A stretch of 64,000 bases of DNA from Spongospora subterranea f. sp. subterranea. Taxonomy: Eukaryota. How positions within the stretch are numbered: the stretch's first letter is position 1; each line of letters starts with the position of its first letter. Positions 12,260 to 24,620 of the stretch are shown here, in pieces. A program made the position numbers and the translations under genes. The DNA lies in NCBI GenBank assembly GCA_049724395.1, contig JAUGWO010000140.1:62001-126000 (forward strand). The letters are read 5' to 3'. Below the pieces are notes generated by a model. The model worked only from the letters and a program-made list of their open reading frames with translations, did not search any database and was not told the origin of the DNA.

Positions 12260-12930
12260 TAGAATCGATTGTTTTGCATATTCGAGCGAAACGTTTTCAG
12301 CGCATTAACGTAACAAAATGGTCTTCATCTGTTTATATGAAATGCGCTGGACACTATTCATTATTCATGTAACACAAGCCTGTCAACCAAACAGCTTCGG
12401 TAAACGTCTTTCATCACCTTCATCTAAGTAGTGATACACCGGCAATTCGGTTCTTACTTGATTGTTTTTTGGCTGGCTGCTTTGAATCATAGCACCGCAA
12501 CTACATTACTTTCATGATAGGTGATGTAAGCAGAACCGAACTCTCTCAACTTTATCCAAAGCTTTCAGTTGTTTCAGAGTGTTGGGATGGCGTATCAAAG
12601 AGCGCTCTTTCAATCGGTTGAAAATCGCTGCGGGCGATCCAGAGCAGCCCCCAGCGAACGTATCGTCGTTCTTTGAGAACCTCGATCATTTTCACCTTCT
12701 CACTGTCGAGAACTTCCTTTTCTTCTAGCGCAAACGCTCGTCAATATGACATCACTAACGCATTATTTGTGGCGAGACCACATTCTTTCGTTCGTTCGTC
12801 GATTTACATTATATTCGTCTGCAAGTTGCTTAATTGACCCCCTTTCCAATTTCCAAATCGCTTCTCATTGAAAGAATCTCGTACATTTTTTATGAGCGCT
12901 ATCTTTCAATTCGATTTTGGCAGGCAGGTT
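12260..12930 (-). pseudogene. Decayed Tc1/mariner (plant/oomycete mariner-like) transposase
   Basis: Frame-broken fragments YEILSMRSDLEIGKGSIKQLADEYNVNRRTNERMW (HTH), RTTIRSL, IRHPNTLKQLKALDKVERVRFCL and I*TDEDHF, in the order expected for mariner transposases. Confidence 0.65.
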
Positions 12931-13141
12931 CTCATTTTCAGCAAGAGTGAACTCCAGTTCCGGGTAGAGGCACAGTCCGACAACCGATCTTCAACTTCAA
13001 AATCCTCGTTAATACCTTCCATTTACAGAATTGTATCGGCATCGGGAAACGGAAGTCAACCAATGTCAAATTCATTAAAAGTGTTGATAATGTTATAAAA
13101 AAAATGACATATCCAACAGTTAAAAAAGAGGGAGTACAATA

Positions 13142-15164
13142 TTAATCGGATAGTTTATTCGGTTGAATCTGGTTCTCGATTATGGCCATGAACTTTGCTG
13201 GGACCCATCCTTTCTGGCTGGACTGATTTTGAGCCAACCACCAACCACTGCTGGCCGGCCGCTTTAATATCGCTATACAGGGGGTGGGCATTCTTAAGTG
13301 GGCTATTGACATATTATTTACTGACCTAGTATTTCATCAATTGCACACGGTAAACAATCAGGTTTGTCACTTTTAAACTCATATTGGCACCGAACGAATA
13401 TTATCCCATCAGTGTCAGTATATTTCTGGGTCGTCGCCACCTAGAATCACTCTTCAAAATAGTATCCTTCATGCAAATAATTGTCCAACCTCTTTATCTG
13501 GTGTTGCCGATCTGTTCAATGTCTTATTCATTTGTATCGGTTGTCTGGCCACTGGATTTCCATCATCCAGACTTATTTGGGTGCCTCGTGCCGGTGCTGT
13601 CCGCTCAAATCTCGTATCATCTGGGGGTTGCCTCTCCAAAACAGATGTTGATGGTGCATCAGCCGACCGTTGTACAATCATCCTTTGATGCGTCTGCCTT
13701 ACACTAGGCGTCCTAGAGAAACATCAGTAATCCACTATTTATTCATATTCGACGTTGATACAGGTACTTTTTTTCAACAATAGATGAAGCTGTCCGCTTC
13801 TGATCTTGAAATGAAGGAGATGGCGTTTTTCTAAAAATTGTAGCTTGATCATCCAGCAATATGTCTGACAATGTCCTTACTTGATATCTGATTTTCTGCT
13901 TTGACCCAGCGGAAACCCCTGATCCCTCGAGGTTTTCGATTGCTCGTTAGATGGTGATGCTGTTGCTGAATACCTGTACCCGGGCATCTGTCAAATACCA
14001 TATTAGATACGGCCATCGGTTTACTTTTGAGGTATATCATCAGCGGCGTCTTCCTCTACGATTTCCAGCGATCCAGGTGTGATTATTACTTCGGGATATA
14101 GAAAATCGGCATTAAATACCCCCCTAGCAACCTACATTGAGATGAAATTTACAAGCGATATGTTGCAATACCAATGCTCCCGAAATATTGGCCTTCCGCG
14201 ACAGATGAATGTGAAGTCCATGTTCTTCAGCTTTGGTGCTGTTTTCAGCAATCTGTACTGAACAGTTAAATGCCATTCAAGACAGTTGGATTGGCATATG
14301 CACCTTTCGTGGATCTCCTCTAATGTTGTTTGACCTACTACGTTTAAAGTAGCGATGGGTTTATCGTTGCTTTCGGACCATCTAACTGAAATTAGTTTCA
14401 GTTTTGTTGCTGATACCGTATTGTCGATATCGTCGACGTGCAGCCGTGGATTGGTGACCGCGAACGGCGATACTGGCCCTTCATCTAAACATTTGGGGTG
14501 AACAACGGCAGAATCGAATTGAGATGAGAATACCGAGGACTGCCCCCGCTGCAATATGATAACGGCATTCATGGCATACACGAGCTGGATTTTTCTTCAT
14601 TTTCTTCAGAAACAGTGGTGGAACGTCCATTTTGGTTGTGCAATCATTATCAAACATTTCGCCGCAAGTTCGGCAATTATGGGTCTTTCCATCGGCCAAA
14701 GGTTCATGGCATAACTATTTCGAAATTCTGTCGATACCAATAGCATATCCAATAATTAGCTTCTTTTGGCTTACTTTGCAAGTATTATAAGATCCAGGTT
14801 TAGCCCAAATTGGTGGATAAATCCTCATTACGCCAGATTTGTCATAACTCGACACCATTTGCGGTTTCAGCGGTGGTTCGTTTTTGATGAATTTGGAGCG
14901 GCGTTCAAGGCATTGGTCGCGACAACCGAAGCACACTCGATCAGGGCCGTCCTTATCCTTGCGCTTAAACTGGGAGTTGACAAGATACTTGGCTGTGCAC
15001 ATCGAGCAGAACATGTGACCGCATAATCGGCAATTATGCTGATGGGCGTAGGTGAACTTTTGATTGCAGTGATAGCAAGAACTATACGCCTTCTTATCGT
15101 CCCATTCAGGGGCTGATAAATGCCCCATCCATCCCAGAATAAGCTTATTCGGATGATCTTGCAT
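13142..15164 (-). CDS. Protein with two atypical FYVE domains, a ubiquitin-like fold and a C-terminal SH3
   Basis: WDDKKAYSSCYHC..HNCRLCGHMFCSMC..RVCFGC; second unit W..HNCRTCGEMFDNDC..RVCHEC; QTTLEEIHE..FTFICRGRPI; VRCQYEFKSD..GWWLAQNQSSQKGWVPAKFM. Confidence 0.8.
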
Positions 15165-15891
15165 GCCAAAATTCCTCAAAATTACACCACCAGGAAATGA
15201 TACATAGGAACTAAAAAACAATAAGGAACGATTGCGAGTCAAAATATCTGGTTGATTGCGTGCAATGTACTCATCGACCTTAAAAAACAAAAACCAACCC
15301 GCGTAACAAGTGCAGATAAAGTCTGTATTCGTCAGGTACACATATCATTACCAGTGGATTGGTTAGTCAAAAACCAACAATTAAATACTATATTAGCGTA
15401 AATCATTCGCAAAAACGACCTCCTCTTTTGTCAAGAATTTTGCGGGAGGACTCGAATGGGCTTGGTGAAAAAAAAAACATATCAAAGAGGTTATCCTAGG
15501 ATCAGGTCTTGAACAGATCCTATTGGTTTTTTATATTTGGCGTTAACTGATGCGGAAGATTCTGGTTGCGAAACCGAATGTCACGTCCAATTCTCGCAAG
15601 TCGAAAAGCTTTTTTGGCTAGCTGCCATCTCAGGTAAACTAGTCAGATGGCGAGAACGGTTCGATATTGATCTCAACCCGCTGGCGAGCCGACCATCCCT
15701 GAGCAATGCGATCATCATAAGGATAACCGCGTTGACTGGATCAAAGCTTGAATCGGTTACCAACGGAACCTGTGTGATATCGGCTTTCTTAAAATCACGT
15801 CAGCCGGTCACCATCGATTACAAACATAGATCGGACTAAGTAGATTAATCTAAATATTCTGGTTTGGAAATTTGCCCCTGGAAACCGATGA

Positions 15892-18448
15892 TTACGATAA
15901 TGTAGCTGCTTTCCTTTGAGCCGCTATTATTTTTATTTTTTGGTCTATTTCCGCTTTCAAAGCGGCGGCTTCCTTTACGTGCAACGCCTCTGTTCGGGTT
16001 AGTAATACTTCCATAGCCACGACGCGCGATCGGGATATTTTCCACAGGACAAACATGATGGTGGCGATGAATATATATGGCGCCGGCTGGATAACGATCG
16101 TGTAGAGGAGGTAGATGTTGACCTGTTTGGCGTATTGAGTAAGCGAGCTAAGCGGGATGTGGTCGGGAAGTTGGGAGAACGGGCCCAAGTGCTGGCCGTT
16201 GTCCAAACAGGTCCACGGGCTGTTGAGGAAGAACAGGTACGAGGAGAAACACGAGACCAACGTCAATATATAGATTAGGTTGAAAAACCGGGTGGTGTCG
16301 TGAGCTGATGAAGACGACGACGATGTTTGCGATGGTCGATCCTATCGTGTCCCATTAGCTCAACCTTAATTAGGGTTCGGACTCATACCCGTAATATGAT
16401 TAGCTTGATCTTCTCGAACTTGAAGTTGGCGAACAGGAATATGAGGGAGAGTATTGACCCAGGTGGATACAGGGGCAACGCCACCCAGACCAGCGATTGG
16501 AAATAGAGGATGTCGATGACACTCTCGCTGACACTGTATTCGCTGGGGCGGACGTGAAATATGGTCATGGCGATGTGCTGAGCCAGCATTAACGACTTGC
16601 TGACAAAGAACTCTGATAGAACCAGATAAAACATTCCTATGGGAAGAACTAGGTTGGTGAATATGATTGGCTGATGGATTGGTTCAATACCGGCACCAGC
16701 CGCATCAGTGCTGCATTTGAATTTGGTGTCGTAGGCAACGGTGCTCTTGAGCTGGTCTATTAATGGCTGCTGTTTGGCCATGGAGAAATACGAGATGACG
16801 TTGATGAGAATATTGAGCTGTCGTCCGGCGTAGAGCCTCCATAACTATGTGTTGGTGGACGACACGAGCTGGATTTACTCAGATATTCACCGAGATCATG
16901 TGAATATCACAAACCTGATGCTTTACCAGCGTTGATGAACTATCCCAATGTTCAAACTCGGTGATGGCGAAGGTGATTGCCGGCAAGACAGCACCGATCA
17001 CACTTGTTGCTACAGGGGCCGCCAGGCTTGCCGCCTAAAGACCAGGTTCAGGGACCACGATCATGGCGATACGCTTCCATACCCATGACGGCAGCCAAGG
17101 CAAGATGTTGTCCTTCTCTATTGTCAGGTATATGATCGCCGTCCACGAGCTGACCAGGCAGGCCAGGTTGATTGACAGCCCGACAACACGCCGAGCCCAG
17201 AGACGAACGTTGTCGACGGCGGTTCTGGACAAGAGCCGCTCCAACAGCAGATCCTCGCTGAGAAGCGATTTAACCTGAGCGGCGAAGAAATGGCGGTGAT
17301 CAGAGGCGAGGGTTTCGTCGGCAACTGTGAAGTCCCAAGGATTCATAACGGAGCTGGCGAAGTGTCGCGGCGGACGATGGTCCCCGGTATTGTGATGAAG
17401 GAGTTGGTCCTGGATCAGATGGGTGTGGTCGGAGATGGTCTTGCGAAGGGCGGTGACGACCGATAGGATCATGCAGGCGATGAGAGCCAGGGTGTAGGCC
17501 AGGGCGGATGACGATGGGAAGGCGCTGTATAGGGTCCAGCTGGGGACGACGCCGTTCTGGGAATGATCGGGATCAGATCAGGGCATGATCAAAGGAGGGC
17601 GATAGCCAATACTATATCTGATAAAGACGTATCGCTGTTCAACCTGAGATGGATTATAATTCCACCCCATATTATGGTGTAAATCACCGATGATATACAG
17701 GTCGACTTGATGAACATGAATACGGCGGATACGGCGTGACCATATCGCGATGAGACAAAACTGGGGAAATCACGATGATTTGGGCAGTTTCAACCCATGA
17801 GAGATGGCGATGATCACCTGATATCCCTTCTGAACGGGTCGTAGGTCTGCACCATATTCTGATACAGATCATAGGCCCTGTCCCTGAGCCCGCCACGATC
17901 GCGACGACCCTCGCCCATGTCGTCGCCCCTCAATGGGGTATCGCCATCTCCCCCGATCATCTCCAGCCCCTTCAACAGCTCCCTCCCTACACCCCATTAT
18001 ATCGGTCACCAGTTGGCGCCCTCATATTCCCCCAATCCCGCTCACTCAGCTCCGCCCGCCTTCGCTCGGCTTCCGCGTCCACAACCTGATCGCCAGCTCC
18101 ACCGCTTGGCAGAACCCGTAACGCAGCCATGGCGTCACTCATCTCTGACATGTTCTTCGCGTCCGTTAACTCTTGTATCAGCCCTGTCAGTCGGCCATTC
18201 TCTTTCACCAGCTCGTTGTTCCTTCCGCTGATCTGCCCCCGATTCCATCATCAGCAGCGCCATCAGCCCATCAATCCTCAGTATTCACCTTCATCACTTT
18301 CTCCTGATACTCCTCCATTTTATTCCTCCCAGAACCATTTTATTCCTCATCGTCTGTTTGATGGCCTCTAGTTCCCCAACTGTCATGCTGATCCGGTCAT
18401 TAACCTCCCTTCCTGCGAATTCTGCATTGGCGTTCTGCTTTCTACCAT
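15892..18448 (-). CDS. Transmembrane channel-like (TMC) protein
   Basis: PFRRDIR..SRYGHAVSAVFMFIK, TMC-domain-like YSVSESVIDILYFQSLVWVALPLYP, LGPF loop, many hydrophobic helices; start and end approximate. Confidence 0.75.
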
Positions 18449-19216
18449 GATCGATATTATGAATATTAGCGGCGAATGCGGCAGGTGTTGGCCGCTCCTG
18501 CATAATCAATAACAATAACACCACACGATCATGTACTCATAACAATTAGATCGAATGGATGACTAATAGATTTATAGATATGGACCAATGGTTGCGGTTT
18601 TACTCGAATACGATATACCTGAGTTGTAAGCGCATCCAAGGTGCACTTTCTGGGACAACGAGCTTTCAGCCAAGTAATTGTTCAAAAGGCATAGGTGTAC
18701 TGACAATATTGTGTCATCCTGACAATCGCAGCCAGATCAACAAGGTGCCTCGTCTGCTCCCATCTGATGTGAATTGCCGTTGGAATTGTTCCCGCAGTTC
18801 TCGCAGTTCTAAAGCTCATTCACATTTTCTTTGGGGTGGGCGATGATTGCGCCTTCGATACTCTCGGCGAAGGACGTCGATTTTTCCTCGCTTCCTCGCT
18901 TGCTCCAGCGTCTCACTACGGTCGCGAGTGTAAATTGATCCAAACTAGGCTTTGCTTACACTGCCAACGTATTCCTTGTCGGATGTGCTAGTGTTGCATG
19001 GCATTCACCAGTAGGTTGTCCCGTACGCGCGCCGAAATCGGATGGCAACTGGATGGGTGCCAACTGACAATAATATCTCTAGATATAAGTTGTACAGCTA
19101 TCGTGACGAGTATAATAATTACCTTAAAACCCCTGCCTGGCTATGCTGCTCACATCACTTAGTATCGAACGGATTTCGGATAGATTTATTGAATAACTAT
19201 CCAACGCTTGGAGCTA

Positions 19217-19768
19217 CGGTTCAGACGTTCTGCTGAGCGCAATGGACGAGCGTTTCCGGCCACGCTTATATGGCCGACGATCTTTAACTTGTGCAAAAAA
19301 AGCAGAAACTTGCTTTCATTGATCAAATCATTTTGATAGCCTTTGCAAACGTTCCAGTCAAGGAATTCTTTCTGTTTGCCCGACCACGTCTCCTCCAAGA
19401 TTGTGATGGCGCTATAATCGATCTCCGACTGATGGCTGGAATGCTCCATCTCCACATCATCACAATGAATCCGACCGTCGTATCGTCTCTAGCGGAACAG
19501 CGTAGGCAACAAACTGACCTACGGTTAGAAGAATAGCAAGCCGCACATCGTTTGCAATTTCAAGTCGGCGAGCATCGTCCTCAGACGACGAAAAACACGT
19601 GGTCGGGCAAACAGAAAGAATTCCTTGACTGGAACGTTTGCAAAGGCTATCAAAATGATTGTGATCAATGAAAGCAAGTTTCTGCTTTTTTGCACGAATT
19701 CAAATCGTCGGCCATATAAGCGTGGCCGGAAACGCTCGTTCATTGCGCTCAGCAGAACGTCTGAACCG
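19217..19768. repeat. Inverted repeat with ~172-bp arms (19217-19389 and 19597-19768) copying the 5' Crypton coding region
   Basis: Arms are near-perfect reverse complements; both encode TWSGKQKEFLDWNVCKGYQND on opposite strands. Confidence 0.9.
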
Positions 19769-21750
19769 GAGAACTGCCGCCCTGATCATTTGGGTTGGCA
19801 TACCCTTGACGGATACGTCAATGCTGTTATGGATCTTTAGAGACTGCAGCATATCCTGGGGCGGTATCCTCCTGAATTTCCGATACCGGCACGCCCTCCG
19901 AGTATCAAAGAATGTCTCAAAAGCTCAAAAAAAGACGTCATGGATCGTGAAAACGCAATGATTTTAGATCGTGGAATTGGGACTTTGGCCGATGAAATTT
20001 CCGCCCATGAGTTTGGCAAACTCGCCAAGCATTATTGGGAATTGGACAGCGAGGAGGGTCTGAAACAGCGGACAGATTATCTGTTATCTTTCGCTCTGAC
20101 GTGCCAGGAGCGACAATCTTCGATGACTCAAGTTATCGGAGATTGGACATAAATTCTTCCCCGGCGAAGGTGTCAGTGGCGCTCATCTTCTGCGTACTGT
20201 GTGGCGAAGGTCGAAGAAAAACCAGTTTGGAAAAGTGCAACAGAATGCGTTGATGCGTCATTCATCAGTGAGTTTGTGCCCTTTCGGAAGCTTGTCTTTG
20301 TATTTCTTCTTTCGATTTCAAGTTCGGGGCGATCCTTGGCCTGATCTTTCTGGAGCAAGCCGTTGCTACAACCTATTCGTTTTGCCGAATGGTATCCATT
20401 CAGATAAGCCGATGACATACACCAAACGGTATGAAGCCATCAAGGCCGCTCAAGCTTCGCTCGGTCTGGCCATCACAACGAAAACGCAGATGGGTCGAAA
20501 GGGCGGCGCGTCCATGGGCGAAAATTTGGGTGCAAGTGAAGCCTCTGTTGACAAGAATGGCCACTGGCAAGTACGTTCGCGTGGCGGAGCCTACACAAAC
20601 AACGTCATCCCATGGGAATGCGTTCGGGTTTTGGCAGGGTTCTCTGCCGATCCTAAACAGTATTACCTGCCACGAGCTCTGTTGGACCCGCCGGAACATT
20701 TTCGAAAGTTGGTGTTTCCCGGTGAGTTGCATCGTTGTTATCGTCCGGCGTTAGAAAGACGGAGATTGCAGGACAAAGCTTTCTCAGCTTGCTAGATCAC
20801 ATGCGAACAGTCATCCTACAAGATTCTGCTATTCTAATAGCTGATGAGGATCATTCATCTCATGCAATATGGCAACATCCGATATTCTCTTCAGAGGCGT
20901 TCACGACCTTTGCTGCTGAGCTGTCCGGCAAGATCTCTTCCACCGTAACCCCGTCGACGATCGAAGTCTTGCGAGCGTTGCCAGCCGTCGGCAGTCATCT
21001 ATGCGAGCTGGTTCATGCGAGCGCTGTTCATTCGCGATCAATATCTTGTCTTGACCAGAAGTTCGACCAGAAGATCCAGCAAGTGAACGAGGACGTGAAC
21101 AAAAATTTGCTAATGATCCGCAACGAATGTCTAAAGTGATGGCGTCCACTTTAACTGGACTGGGAAATTGTATGTCGACACAGGTATGGGCGGATCAACT
21201 GCATGATTTCTGAAAACCATACTAAGAGAAGTATTGATGGTAACCACAGGTTGGATCGGCTGCGAGCGCAGATGCTGTCGCTGTCGCGAGTCGTCCTTCC
21301 GAATCGCTTCATTTTGACATGAATGGCAATGCCGATTATATCATCGAGCCGGCTGTCATTGTTCCTGACCCGGCTGTTGTTGTCCCGTTCCGAATGAACA
21401 GATCTGTGACGACGGTGCACGATGCATGGAAGGAATGGAAATACGGCGGTATTTCCATGGACAACGTCGTTGTACCGCCGATGGAAGAGCTGGAATCGCG
21501 TCCTGGCAAGAAGTGGCGAGGTGCCAAGAGCTCTGCGGAAGGGAAGTTTTTTTCTAGACGAAAACCTCTATTTGATGCTGTTGACGACTTGATCAAGGAG
21601 GGATTTAGCGAATCCGACGCGTTGAAGTTGCTCGACGACCTATGCGTTGCCAAATGTCATACGCTTCGGAAGCTTTGCGATCAGATTGCTATACGCTACG
21701 GCATCTGGGACAGAGCTCGTTGCTTTTCTAGTAGCCTTACAGCAATATAA
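19464..21750 (+). mobile_element. Decayed CryptonF tyrosine-recombinase transposon (Ndc10-like YR domain plus GCR1_C)
   Basis: KQKEFLDW..INESKFLLF, LDGYVNAVMDL, DRGIGTL, KNQFGK..ALMRH..CPFGSLSLYFFFRF, KTQMGRKGGA, YYLPRA..PP; C-terminal MNRSVTTVHDAWKEWKYG..KKWR..KFFSRRK; several stops and frameshifts. Confidence 0.85.
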
Positions 21751-22797
21751 CCTATAAAGATACTAACTTTGACCGTTTCGTTTGAATGATGTGTGGCTGC
21801 CGGTGCTCGTCGACTTTATACTAATGTAAAGTAGGGGAACTCGAAGTAAATAACATATTCTTTTAATATTCGAAAATAGAACGCCAGGTACAGTAAAACT
21901 TCTATCCTATCGGATCGCGGCATCCATAAAACGGCTTTCTATTGGAACGAGTTCGATAGATGGGGAGTGGCATCGGCAATGTGGGCGCGAGTGTGAACGG
22001 ATCGCATTTATCGTAAAGACGTTGACGCGTGGGCGATCTGACCAAGCCTGATTTATCCTAGAGAATCTGGACATTAGCCGGACACGATGTGGGCATTAAC
22101 AGAGCAGTCGACAGAGACGTCAAGCGAAGTAGGCCTGCGCCGCCTGGCAGAATGCTCTCCAGAGGCTGGTGAACTGCGCATGGGGGGCGTTAACGACAGC
22201 CCCCGGGATCCAAGCGAATTTTATTTCCAATAAAAATGACCAGGCGTAATTTTATTTGAAATAAAATTCGAATTCGGTCACCCTTGGTCACCCTCCCCAG
22301 TCAGAATGGCCGTGACCGACCTGCCCGCGCCACAGTCACAGGTGTGACCACAAGGTGACCAGGAAAATTTCATTTTCTATTCAGTTGATTTTCCGAACTA
22401 AATACAGTAGATAACTTCAAGCTACCGAGGACACCGTACCGCCAATTTTTTCTATTTTTCATTTTTCAAAATCAACTTCTGTTCAATGAGTGGTCTCCCT
22501 GCATGGTTCCAGCAATCAAGCCACTCTAGACAAACTTCTCTCAAAAAACGTTCAACGCCAACCAAAAAGAGGCAAGGCCCTGGCGATAAGTTCGAAACAA
22601 ACGCCTCATCGCTCCAACGCAAAGCCCAAACAAAACTTACCTTTTTCAAAAAGGCAAATCCGGCAAAACGAACAGCGCGAAAAGGAAGAAAATGAAGCTT
22701 CGTCGGCTTCATAAATCCTTCATTTATCCACAGTACGAGCTATTATCAACCTATGTACCACAAATCTGCCGGAGTGTCCGGTTCTTCAGTAGTTCAA

Positions 22798-23351
22798 AGG
22801 ACCGGGTTCTGCAATCACTCAAAGTATCCGGAAAGTAACTAAAAGCGTTATGTTTAATTTATTAGACATCGAACGTTAAGGTGGTGTCGAGGCACGTGCA
22901 TAAGAGAGGTGAATCAACGGTGGGCAGCGTTTTCCTGTAGTAACACGGCTTGTGTTTCCGTGATGTTGGAAGAACTGCTTAGCGAAAGAATGTTCTTGTT
23001 TCTGTTAAAGACCTTGTGAATTTGCAGATTCGCTTGATTGGTCCAAGGAAGTTTTACGTAAGATTTCTTTTCCAGGTCGATCAATCAAGCGAATCTGCAA
23101 ATTCCTTGTGGTCTTTAACAGAAACAAGAACATTCTTTCGCTAACAGTTCTTCCAACGTCACGGAAACAACGAATCCAAATTTGTGGTGTTACTACAAAT
23201 TCTTTCGCTAAAACGCTGGAAACCGTTGATTCAGGAAAACCTGTCTTATGCACGTGCCTCGACACCACCTTAACGTTCGATGTCTAATAAATTAAACATA
23301 ACGCTTTTAGTTACTTTCCGGATACTCTGAGTGATTGCAGAACCCGGTCCT
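22798..23351. repeat. 554-bp foldback hairpin (arms ~22798-23040 and ~23082-23351)
   Basis: Arms are reverse complements; outer ~110 bp almost perfect, inner part interrupted by bulges. Confidence 0.95.
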
Positions 23352-23387
23352 AATCGGGTTATTCCCTCCTTCATTCAAGCTAAACAT

Positions 23388-23958
23388 AAGCTTTCGTGAA
23401 AACGCTTCCTTTCACAGATCCTTCAGAAGCCAACAATGAACTTGCATTTCTGATCGACCTGGAAAAGAAAACGCCAGCAAATTTGGCAAGAGAATGATAT
23501 TGCAGAAGGCAAGTTGTTTTTTGACATGTGTAGGACAAACCGAAAGATTGCTTCATGGTCCTGTGCAAGGGGGCTCGCGTCCAGGCCGGGCTCCAAACGC
23601 AGATCGTGATCACGAAGGCGGACATCGACGAATCTTTGAGGAGAAACTGAACGCTATCATGACTGCATGCATTATTCTTCACAATATGAGAGTCGAAGAC
23701 GAAAGGGGAAATGAAGAATCTGGTTTAGATTGCGATTACGATATCGGTGCTGCAGGAACTCGCAATCGCGTTCGTCAGCATCAACAAGAACAGCCTGACT
23801 TGATTACCATTGAAGAGCCTACAGATATTGAACTTTACCCTACGTCGTTAACCGCCATAATCAGTTCAATGCACGAAGCTCGCGACAAAACGACATATTT
23901 TCAAAGGCAATCAGATATCAGTTCAATATCTGTACGCTCTTCAATGGTAATCAAGTAG
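23388..23958 (+). pseudogene. PIF/Harbinger transposase C-terminal remnant
   Basis: AFVKTLPFTDP and EKLNAIMTACIILHNMRVEDERG, typical of PIF/Harbinger DDE transposases; catalytic core missing or broken. Confidence 0.8.
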
Positions 23959-24620
23959 TCAGGCTGTTCACCATACGCTTTTTGCTGCGGTTCGAGTCGA
24001 TTGTCCTCCCATTGCTCACTAATGATTGTATAAGAGAGCGATCTATGTTAAGTCAAGTAATTTACCTCGGCAGCCCAACTATAGCTGTGTTTGAAAACAA
24101 TTTTTTACAAAGAATCTCTATAATTCGACATCCGCAGAAGACACCATTTGAAAACATTTTCAATGGTTGCTTCGCGGAAAAGATATGAGCTAGGGGAGAT
24201 GAACAGCTTTAATACCAAGCAGTCATTCCCATAATTTCACGACTTTGGCAACGGATTTACGGAACTCCTTCCTGCGAGAAGCAACCGAAAGAGACGACGG
24301 TTGACACTTGTGATAGCCAAAAAGTCCCAAAATAAATTCCATCAAAGCGCTGATTTGCCGACCGGCAAGGCCAATATCAAGAAATTAACGGCGCCCGTTC
24401 TATCATTATGGAAGCGCATTGCAGCAACATTGAGTAAGAATTGCACAGCCAAGTCTGAACGGGCGGCCTACCGGTATTGAGCTACAGCGCGGCCAATCAC
24501 TTTCGCCATAGCCGGTCGGTAGGGCCGCAGTGGTAGAGAGATCAGACCAAGGGTAGGGGGTTTAGTGTAGAGTAGTCGTACTGTAGTAGGAGGGTGACAC
24601 TTTGCTGGCCGCGTACCAAC

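Noticed and set aside
19186..19455. Minus-strand 89-aa ORF as an independent gene
   Set aside because: It is the inverted copy of the Crypton N-terminus
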